Shown here: positions 13,020 to 23,100 of the stretch, piece after piece
How the letters are laid out: every line of letters starts with the position of its first letter
Numbering within the stretch: the stretch's first letter is position 1
Assembly: GCF_963921235.1 (NCBI RefSeq)
Contig: NC_086098.1
Coordinates: forward strand, 5,890,001-5,954,000
Direction of reading: 5' to 3'
Source of the DNA: Mobula hypostoma
Lineage: Eukaryota
Length of the DNA stretch: 64,000 nucleotides
Translations under genes and position numbers: made by a program
The notes under the pieces: generated by a model
Told to the model about the DNA's origin: nothing
Database searches by the model: none
The model's input: only the letters and a program-made list of their open reading frames with translations

Positions 13020-13640
13020 TTAATAGACAATAGTCAATAAATAATAGGTGCAGGAGTAGGCCATTCAGCCCTTCAAGCCAGCACCAGCATTCACTGTGAT
13101 CATGGCTGATCATCCACAATCAGTATCCTGTTCCTGCCTTCTCCCCATATCCCTTAACTCCACTATCTTTAAGAGCTCTATCTAACTCTTTCTTGAAAGC
13201 ATCCAAAGAATTGGCCTCCACTGCCTTCTAAGGCAGAGCATTCCATATATCCACCACTCTCTGGGTGAAAAAGATTTTCCTCAACTCTGTTCTAAATGGC
13301 CTACCCCTGTGGCCTCTGGTTCTGGACTCCCCCAACATCGGGAACATGTTTCCTGCCTCCAGCGTGTCCAATCCCTTAATAATCTTATATGTTTCAATAA
13401 GATCCTCTCTCATCCTTCTAAATTCCAGTGTATACAAGCCCAGTCGCTCCAATCTTTCAACATATGACAGTCCTGCCATCTTGGGAATTAACCTTGTGAA
13501 CCTTCGCTGCATTCCCTCAATAGCTAGAATGTCCTTCCTCAAATCTGGAGGCCGAAAGCTGCACACAGTACTCCAGGTGTGGTCTCACCAAGGCCTTGTG
13601 AAACTGCAGAAGGACCTCTTTGCTCCTATACTCAACTCCA
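13020..13640 (-). mobile_element. CR1 3' fragment
   Basis: QRRFTRLIP.MAGLSY.ERL..LGLYTLEFRR; FFTQRVV; TATTGTC-like tail. Confidence 0.9.
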
Positions 13641-13809
13641 CTTGTATTAAACAGCAAATAAAGGGATTAAGGACTCCCGTTAAAACAACAGTGAGTTGCT
13701 CGAGAAACCTAGAACCCCAACGCTCTACAACTCATTGCCAGAAACTCACAGGGCTCATGATAAGTATGGAATGCAACAAATCAGTGATTCACATCTTTCT
13801 GTGAAGGTA

Positions 13810-13862
13810 GAGTGCTGTGCTAAAGTATTAGGCACATATATATTACTATTTGTACAGTACTG
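13810..13862. mobile_element. Tc1/mariner mini-MITE (degenerate)
   Basis: TA-flanked palindrome GAGTGCTGTGCTAAAGT...ATTTGTACAGTACTG. Confidence 0.55.
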
Positions 13863-13972
13863 TATTCTCTATCTTTCCAGTTACCCAAGTAACACTCAAT
13901 ACTGCTGAGCTAAAATGAAGCTAAGTACTCTTACTGCTGTTTCACTACCACCTTCCTGTTTTAACTAATATA

Positions 13973-14039
13973 CTGTACTGTGCTAAAGTCTTAGGTACCC
14001 TAGCTAAGTAAATGTGTCTAACACTTTTAAACAGTCCTG
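13973..14039. mobile_element. Tc1/mariner mini-MITE (~67 bp)
   Basis: TA-flanked CTGTACTGTGCTAAAGTCTTAGG...CTAACACTTTTAAACAGTCCTG. Confidence 0.65.
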
Positions 14040-14279
14040 TAGGTTATAAAGATTCTAATCACTCTCATTAGATTGCCAACAAGTGACATCTATGCAGAGC
14101 TGAACACTATTGCCTGGAGTTGAAAATGTATTAAAGTGTTATAATATCATTCTAACATCACTGGGTTCTAAGTATGTTACCCTGTTCAACACTTGTCTTC
14201 TGGGCTAACACATTCACTGCGAACCACAATTAAGCCTGATCTATATATTCCACAAATTTGATTTTGTACTCATCTGTCG

Positions 14280-15290
14280 TAGGAAAGCAGCATAAATCAA
14301 CAAGGACCCCCTCCACCCAGGTCACTGCTGCCATCAGGAAGGAGGTACAGGAGCCTTAGATCCCACGCCACCAGGTTCAGGAACAGTGATTACCACTCAA
14401 CCAACCAGAATTACCGTAACTAATTCCACAGCCTGGTTGCATCACAGCCTGGAATGGAAATATCAATGCCCTTGAATGAAAAATCCTACAAAAATTAATG
14501 GATATGCTTCAGTCTATCATGGGTAAAGCCCTCCCCACCATTGAGCACATCTCCACGGAGTGCTGACACTGGAAAGAAATGTCCTCTAGGGCTTCCACCC
14601 CCCAGGATGTGCTCTCTTCTCGCTGCTGTCATCAGGAAGAAGGTACAGGAGCCTCAGGACTCACATCACCAGGTTCTGGAACAGTTATTACCCCTCAGCC
14701 ATCAGGTTGTTGAAACAAAGAGGGTAATTTTACTCAACTTCACTTGCCTCATTATTGAAATGTTCCCACAACCAAGGGACACTCTTTCAAGGAATTTTCA
14801 ACTTGTGTTCTCAGTATTCATTGCTCATTTATTTATTATTATTAATATTATTTTTTCTTTTGTATTTTCACAGTCTTTTGCACATTTTGTCCTGTTGGGT
14901 ACAGTCCTTCATTGATTTTATTGTGGTTTTTGGATTTGCTGAGTATGTCCTCAGGGGTGCCATTGCAGCGTAGTGGTTAGCACAGCACTTTACTGTACAG
15001 ACAATGCAGGTTCAGTTCCCACTGCAGCCTGTAAGGAGCTTGTATGTTCTCTCTGTGACCAGGGCGGTTTCCTCCGGGTGCTCCAGGTTTCCTATCAGTT
15101 AGTAGGTTAGTCGCTCATTGTAAATTGTCCCATGATTAGGCTAGGATTAAATCAGGGGTTTCTGGTCAGCGTGGCCCTTCCGACCTCTTTCGTGTTGTAC
15201 ATCAAAAAATTAAAATTTTTAAAAATGAATCTCGGATTTCTATATGGTGAAATATGTACATTGATAATCAATTTACTTTGAACTTTTACT
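14280..15290 (+). mobile_element. Rex1-type 3' fragments with a V-SINE inserted at ~14955-15215
   Basis: CCATCAGGAAG(G/A)AGGTACAGGAGCCT motif twice; SINE A/B boxes and V-domain. Confidence 0.65.
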
Positions 15291-15469
15291 TTTGTACTTG
15301 CAAATGGTAAGAATACAGTGGTCTTTTTGTATTACAGAATTTTACACATTTATTCTTTAATATGTACCTTGTAAAATAGACTTATTGGATCTGGAACATG
15401 CCTCTACATCTTTTTCTTTCTTTCCACTTTTGCAAGTAACTCTGAACAACAAAACTTTGCTTCCACATA

Positions 15470-16014
15470 ATACTTCATTAGGTGCATGAGGAACCTAATA
15501 AGGTATTATGGTCTGCTGCTGCTGTAGCCCAGCTACTCCAAGGTTCATTGTGCTGTGCATTTCGAGATGCTCTTTTGCGCATCACTGTTGTAATGTGTGG
15601 TTATTTCAATTACTGTCGCCTTCCTCCCTACCAGAGCCAGTTTGGCCATTCTCCTCTGACCTCTCTCATTAACAAGGCATTTTCTCCCATAGAACAGTCA
15701 CTCACCAGATTCTTGTTTTGTTTTTCACACCTTTCCCTGTAAACACTAGAAACTGTTGTGCGTGAAAATCCCAGGAGATCAGCAGTTTCTGAGATACTCA
15801 AACCACCCTGTCTGGCTCCAACAACCATTTCACAGCCAAAGTCACTTCAATCACATTTCTTCCCCATTCTGATGTTTGGTCTGAATGACAACTTAACCTC
15901 TTGAACATGTCTGCATGCTTTTATGTTTTGAGTTGCTGCTACATGATTGGCTGATTAGATATTTACATTAACGAACAGGTGCGTAGGTGTACCTAATATA
16001 GTGGCCACTGAGTG
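15470..16014 (-). mobile_element. Non-autonomous Tc1-like element with transposase N-terminal HTH remnant
   Basis: MVVGARQGGLSISETADLLGFSRTTVS; TIR ...TACCTAATATAGTGGCCACTGAGTG; second copy at 45340. Confidence 0.8.
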
Positions 16015-16120
16015 TTCAACTTGTTTCTTCTGAGCTAACACTTTCATTCCCAACCACCATCAAATCTTAGCTATATATTCTATTAATTTCTTTCACAACC
16101 TATCTGAAAATCAAATGGTT

Positions 16121-17270
16121 AGTCATAGTCATAGTCATAGTCATACTTTATTGATCCCGGGGGAAATTGGTTTTCGTTACAGTTGCACCATAAATAATAA
16201 ATAGTAATAAAACAGTAATAGTTAAACAGTAATATGTAAATTATGCCAGGAAATTATGAAATAAGTCCAGGACCAGCCTATTGGCTCAGGGTGTGTGACC
16301 CTTCAAGGGAGGAGTTGTAGAGTTTGATGGCCACAGGCAGGAATGACTTCCTATGACGCTCTGTGTTGCATCTCAGTGGAATGAGTCTCTGGCTGAATGT
16401 ACTCCTGTGCCCACCCAGTACATTATGTAGTGGATGGGAGACATTGACCAAGATGGCATGCAACTTGGACAGCATCCTCTTTTCAGACACCACCGTGAGA
16501 GAGTCTAGATCCATCCCCACAACAGCACTGGCCTTACGAATGAGTTTGTTGATTCTGTCGGTGTCTGCTACCCTCAGCCTGCTGCCCCAGCACACAACAG
16601 CAAACATGATAGCACTGGCCACCACAGACTCGTAGAACATCCTCAGCATCGTCCGGCAGATGTTAAAGGACCTCAGTCTCCTCAGGAAATAGAGATAGCT
16701 CTGTCCCTTCTTGTAAACAGCCTCAGTGTTCTTTGACCAGTCCAGTTTATCATCAATTTGTATCCCCAGGTATTTGTAATCTTCCACCATGTCCACACTG
16801 ACCCCCTGGATGGAAACAGGGGTCACCGGTACCTTAGCTCTCCTCAGGTCTACCACCAGCTCCTCAGTCGTTTTCACACTAAGCTACAGATAATTCTGCT
16901 CACACCATGTGACAAAGTTTCCTACTGTTATCCTGTACTCAGCCTCATCTCCCTTGCTGATGCATCCAACTATGGCAGAGTCTTCCAAAAACTTCTGAAG
17001 ATGACAAGACTCTGTGCGGTAGTTGAAGTCCGAGGTGTAAATGGTGAAGAGAAAGGGAGACAAGACAATCCCCTGTGGAGCCCCAGTGCCGCTGATCACT
17101 CTGTCGGGCACATAGTGTTGCAAGCACACGTACTGTGGTCTGCCAGTCAGGTAATCAATAATCCATGATACCAGGGAAGCATCCACCTGCATTGCTATCA
17201 GCTTCTTCCCCAGCAGAGCAGGGCGGATGGTGTTGAACGCACTGGAGAAGTCGAAAAACTTGACCCTCCA
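16121..17270 (-). mobile_element. Rex1/Babar LINE, 5'-truncated, (CTATGA)n tail
   Basis: WIIDYLTGRPQYV, TGAPQG.VLSPFLFTIYTSD, KFLEDS (FSDDS), YKYLG, LYFLRRLRSF. Confidence 0.93.
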
Positions 17271-17437
17271 GTGACCCTCATAGAATAGACTGTCACAGAA
17301 TTCTACTCACTGATTCACTTGCATTTGTGTGTACCCTGTGAAATAGATTTCTTTCACTCTGATACCTCTTCTTCCATTTCTTTCCCCTTTTGCAATGAAT
17401 TCTGAACCACAGAACTTTACATCTACATAACTATAAC

Positions 17438-18010
17438 AAGGCAGTGCGCGCAGCCACTTCGGTGGTGATGTCAAGTAGGGGACTGTGTACAATCCTGATT
17501 TGATGGAGACGGACGTGAGTATGGAGGAACATCTGGAAAACTTCTGAAATGCCTGCTTTGCTATCGCTGCTACTGTGTGGTAACCGGAATCTCCGGAGCA
17601 AGAGGCCCCGAAATCCTCGGCTTTGCGTGTTTCAGCAGCCGGGGCGAGGTCGAAGGCGCTCGGCAGAGGATGGCGCTCGGGAGGCTGTATCGGAGAGGCT
17701 GGTCGGAAGCTCGAAGTTTTCTGACGAATGGACTCAGTGTCGGCTGTGGTCGGCTGCTTCCAAGGCATCGGCAAGTTGACGGTGTCTGGAGGTTTATGGC
17801 AGGGAGTTTCTCCCTTTTGCTGTCTGCTATTGGGGACTTGGGAGTCGATTGACTCGGGGACTTGAGACTTTATTTACCGTGCCCATGGTCTGTTCTTCAT
17901 CAAATTATGGTATTGCTTTGCACTGCTGTAACTATATGTTATAAATATGCGGTTCTGTCAGTGTTAGTCTTTGGTTTGTTCTGTTTTCTGTGATATCACT
18001 CCAGAGAAGA
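17438..18010 (+). mobile_element. GC-rich non-coding retroposon, related to 32735-33395
   Basis: Colinear with the reverse complement of 32820-33370 (CTTCTGAAATGCC, AAATCCTCGGCTTTGC, TACCGTGCCCATGGTCTGTTCTT). Confidence 0.8.
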
Positions 18011-18019
18011 CTTGAGCTT

Positions 18020-18550
18020 CCTTACAGGGTTTATGGATGGTATTAATCCGGTATTCCTTCAGGATCCGGGTGGCTGGTATTTACAGGAATGGGGATCATC
18101 ATATCTCTGCCATATATGACATCAAGGAGCACAGGAGATGTATTCATTTGGGTCACCCGGAGAAATCGGTGGTAGCAGAACACAGCATACGCGATGGCCA
18201 TAGGATTGACTTCGATGGCACGAACTACTGTGCCGTGTCGATGGCTTACGGGACCACTTGGTGAAGGTAGACATTGAAATATAACTAGAAGAAAACTATT
18301 TTAATAAAGACAAAGGTAAGAACTGAAATTTGATTGTAAACAAGTTGAGAGAGTGGAAACCTGATTGGATGAGGACTAATAAATCAGGAGGGGTGGACTA
18401 CAGGGGTATAAATACCCAGATATCATCCCTGAAGAAGATGGCAGAGTTTGGTATCAAAATAGAGGTTACAATTGATACCTGTACCGGGCTGGAAGCCCAA
18501 GAAGAGTTTATTCATCATATGCACCGGAAAAGCACTAGATCCTTTTTCAA
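18020..18550 (+). mobile_element. Penelope-like element 3' end (GIY-YIG remnant and pseudo-LTR)
   Basis: IKEHRRCIHLGHPEKSVVAEH..RDGHRIDF, then FNKDKG; degenerate CTGAAGA hammerhead core near 18429. Confidence 0.7.
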
Positions 18551-19385
18551 AGTACATATATGTCACCATATACAATCCTGATTAATTTTCTTGTGAGCAC
18601 ACTCAACAAATCCGTAATAGAATAACAACCATAATAGAATCAATGAAAGACTGCAGCAACTGAGCAGTCAGCCAGTGTGCAAAAGACAACGAACTGCAAA
18701 TACAAAAAAATTAATAATAATAAAAAAGTAAGTACTAGATATGAAGAACATGAGTTGAAGCGTCTTTGAAAGTGAGTCCATAGCTGGTGGGAACATTTCA
18801 ATGATGGGGCAGGAGAAGTAGAGTGAGGCTATCCCCACTGGTTCAAGAGCCTGATGGCTGAGGGGTAATAACTGCTCCTGAACCTGGTGGTGGAGTTATG
18901 GGGCTCCTGTACCTTCTTCCTGATGGCAGCAGTGAGGAGCGAGCATGTCCTAGGTGGTGGGGGCTCTAGATGATGGATGCTGCTTTCCTGCGTTTCCATG
19001 GAGATGTGCTCAATGGTGGGGAGGGCTTTACCCATGATGGACTGCGGCATACCCACTGCTTTTTGTAGGATTCTTCTATTCAGGGGCATTGGTGTACATT
19101 CTTCCTGGTAGCAGCAGTGAGAAGAAAGCAGATCTGGGTTGTGGGGGTTTCTTGTGGCAACACTCCATGTAGACGTACAAAAGACAAAAACTCATGCAAA
19201 TACAAATGTATAAATAAATAATGAGAACATGAGTTGTAGAATCCTTGACAGTGAGTCTATAGGTTGTGAAATCAGTCTAGAGTTGAGGTGAGTGAAGTTA
19301 TCCACACTGATTTATGATCCTGATGGTTGAAGGCAATAACTGTTGTTGAAGCTGATGGTTTGGGACCCAAGGCTGCTGTATCTAT
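18545..19385 (-). mobile_element. Rex1-type 3' fragments (stacked)
   Basis: TTRFRSSYYPSAIRLLN motif and 3' UTRs similar to others in the window. Confidence 0.6.
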
Positions 19386-19515
19386 CACTTTACAGTATAG
19401 CTGATCTCTCTCCCAGTGCAAGTAGCTTGCTTTACAAAATGGCACAGCTCAGAAATTTGCTATTGTTGGGTCCAACATGTTACTGAAACAAACATTCTAT
19501 TTTTCTCCACATATT

Positions 19516-19615
19516 TAACAACACATGCAAAATGATGGAGAAACTCAGCAGGTCAAGCAGCATCTACAGAGGGAAATGAACTGTCAGGGTTTGGGCTGAG
19601 ACCTTCTATCAGAAT
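19516..19615 (-). mobile_element. Penelope pseudo-LTR fragment
   Basis: CAAAATGATGGAGAAACTCAGCAGGTCAAGCAGCATCTA block with a degenerate hammerhead. Confidence 0.6.
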
Positions 19616-20349
19616 ACAGCCTCTACCGTACAACATAGAACATTTAACATGGAACAGTAGAGCATAGGAACAGGCACTTCGGCCCACAATGTTGTGCTGA
19701 GCCAATTAAATTAGTAATCAAATGATCAACTAATCTCATCTCTTCTGCCTATTCATTGTTCATATCCTTCCATTTTCCTTGCATTCAAGTGCCTATCTAA
19801 ACATTAGACATAGGAGCAGAATTCGGCCCCCAGGCAGCAGGATCCAGGCACTCTGTATAAAATACTTGCCCCTCACATCTCCTCTGAAATTACTCCCTCT
19901 TACCTTAAATGTATTAGACATTTCAACTCTGGGAAAAAGATATCGTCTACAATCATAGCCTTAATCAAGTTCTTCAGGAGATAAAATCACAATGGCTGCT
20001 CAAACGTGCTGCAAGTTGCTGAGTTGTTGGGGGTAGTGTTTATGAAGTGTATATTGTGGACAAATGAGAGGCTGATGAGGAACTATTGTAATAGTTAAAT
20101 CCATACCCTCTGCTCATTGTTACCATCAGGAAGGAGGTACAGGAGCCTGAAGACACTCACTCAATGATTAAGAAACAGTTTCATCCCCTCTGCCAGCAGA
20201 TCCCTGAAAGGACATTGAACTCATGTACACTATCTCATTACTTTTCTTGCACTACTTATATAATTTAAATTTTATATATTCACAGTTTTATTATAATGCT
20301 GCAAAAACAATAAATTTCATTACATATGCCAGTTTTATTAAACTTGATT

Positions 20350-20480
20350 CTCAACCCGAAACATCAACTGTTCATTACTGTTCACTAATTTCTCTTGATG
20401 CTGCATGACCTGCTGAGTTCCTCCAGCATTTTGTATGTGTTGCTCCAGATTTCCAGCATCTGTAGAATCCCTTGTGCCTT
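20350..20480 (+). mobile_element. Penelope pseudo-LTR fragment
   Basis: TCTCAACCCGAAACATCAACTG...GATGCTGC..GACCTGCTGAGTTCCTCCAGCATTTTG. Confidence 0.65.
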
Positions 20481-21109
20481 CATGCATATCTTTCCCTTTA
20501 CACCCAAAGAATCAGTTTCTCTTTGAATATCATAATTCAATCTAAAAATCATTTTCTTTTCTCCCCCTCTTGCAGCATTTGAAATTTTCCCAAAACTGAA
20601 TGATTTGCTTATGGGCTAACTGGTGATTTATATGGCAGGCAACCTCTGCTTTTGAATGTTTTGACTTTAATTGTATAATTGAGAATCCCACATGTATTTT
20701 GGAGTTTTATCTGCTCATCCTTAACAACTTAAAAGCTATAACTTTCTTCAAACAACTATTCTTTTAAAGTGCTGCCACTCTGTACTTGTTCAAAAACGTT
20801 TTATCCCTCATATTAGCATATCCAAGTTCTACTGAGAAGGAGTGGATGTCTACAGAAGTTCTGCTTTCGGTGCCTCTACCCAAATACCTTCAATTATCTC
20901 TGCTTCCTTCTGAAAAACTTCATCATCTCCTCTCTGAACATTTTACACGGACTGTCTGTAGATTAGAACACGTTACATATGGATCACATACAATTGCTTC
21001 TGAGAAATACTGAGATAGATATACCAAGTGCATTAGATTAATAAATACTTTGTACTCAATCTCTGAGGTACCCATCTATAATTTACATTCGACAGGGATG
21101 TTGAAATGA

Positions 21110-21470
21110 CATTTGTGATCATGGTCTCATGACCATGATCGTTCTTACCATATTTTTTTAAGAAGTGATTTGCCATTGCGTTCTTCTCAGTAGCATCCAT
21201 ACAAGACAGGTGACCCCAGCCATTATCACTACTCTTCAGAGATAATCTGCCTGGTGTCAGTGGTCACATAACCAGGACTTGAGATATGCACCAGCTGCTC
21301 ATACGACCGTTCACCACCTGCTCCCATGGCCTCACATGACCCTGATCGGGAGCTATGCAGGTGTAACACCTTGCCCAAGGGTGACCTGAAGGCTAGCAGA
21401 GGGAAGGAGCACCTTGCACCTCCTTTGGTAAAGATATATCGCCACCCCACCATGTCGACATGGCACATAA
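21110..21470. mobile_element. Probable RTE-related SINE
   Basis: AGAAGTGATTTGCCATTGCGTTCTTC resembles the GGTTTGCCATTGCCTTC motif of BovB-type RTE SINEs. Confidence 0.4.
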
Positions 21471-23100
21471 TGACGATGGTGATGCATCAGCAGAGCAGAC
21501 TCAATGGGCCGAATGGTCTAATTCTGCTCCTATGCCTCATGAAGCTAGCAACAAGTCAACGAGCATCGCTGCAGGAGAAATCATGCTGACGATCGTGAGG
21601 GCTGCTTGATGGGTATTTTCATTGGGAACATAGATTCATGGTTGTGTGTTTAAATAAATCATATTGCTAAATAAGTATCTATTATCAGAGTATGTATGCA
21701 GTATACAACTCTGAGATTCATCTTCCCACACACAGCCATGAAACAAAGAAAACCATGGAGGCCATTCAAAGAAAAACATCAACCCTCCCACGCACAAGAA
21801 AAAGAAACAAATTACGCAAACAGCAATAAGAAAGAACGTGAAAACACAGAATATAAAAACATAAAACCGAACGAGTCCAAGTGAACTACAGCCCAATCCA
21901 TAAATCACTGACCCAGAACTTCAGTACAATGCTTCAACAGCATCAGGGGATAGAGAGACAAATATACATATATTTGTTTGTTACTGGGAGAAGAAAATTA
22001 CAGGAAGTTGACAGATTTCGTTTCTAATGGATATTTTTTTAAAGTATTGCATTTTTTCTCAGCGACTGTGACGTGGGAGCATTTATTGAATTAATTTGAA
22101 TCTACCAATGCAAATTCTTATAGGAATGCAATTGTTAATAGCATATTTACAGATTCCAAGAATAGAGAATCGGAGATATGCTGGACAGATGACATTACAC
22201 CTTTTGACTGGCTTATATGGAATCAGTGATGACTAGTATTATAAAATCAGACAGCATAGAAATGTGCCCTGCAACCCAATATGTGAAGATTAGCTTTATT
22301 TTTTTCATGCATACATTGGAACATGCAGTGAAATGTATCATTTGCATTATCAGCCAGGACAGTCTGAGGATATGCTCAGGTGTTGCCATTTCTGCCCTGA
22401 GGAAAATTCTCTGGCTGACTCATCCTCCTTCACTCCAAAGAGAAAAGCCCTACCTAACTCAATCTATCTTCATAAAACATGATCTCTAATCCAGTCAGCA
22501 TCCTGGTAATGTCTTCTGCACCCTCTTTAAAGCTTCCACATCCTTCCTATAACAAGGTACTGAACTGAACACAATACTCCAAGTGTGGTCTAACCAGAGT
22601 TTTATAGAGCTACAACATACAGGTCTTGACTTCCTGAGGAGACTGAGGTCCTTTAACACCTGCCGGACAATGCTGAGGATGTTCTATGAGTCTGTGGTGG
22701 CCAGTGCTATCATATTTGCTGTTGTGTGCTGGGGCAGCAGGCTGAGGGTAGCAGACACCAACAGAATCAACAAACTCATTCATAAGGCCAGTGATGTTGT
22801 GGGGATGGAACTGGACTCTCAGGTGGTGTCTGAAAAGAGGATGCTGTCCAAGTTGCATGCCATCTTGGACACTGGCTCCCATCCACTACATAATGTACTG
22901 GGTGGGCACAGGAGTACATTCAGCCAGAGACTCATTCCACCGAGATACAACACAGAGCGTCATAGGAAGTCATTCCTGCCTGTGGCCATCAAACTTTACA
23001 ACTCCTCCCTTGGAGGGTCAGACACCCTGAGCCAATAGGCTGGTCCTGGACTTATTTCCTGGCATAATTTACATATTACTATTTAACTATTTATGGTTTT

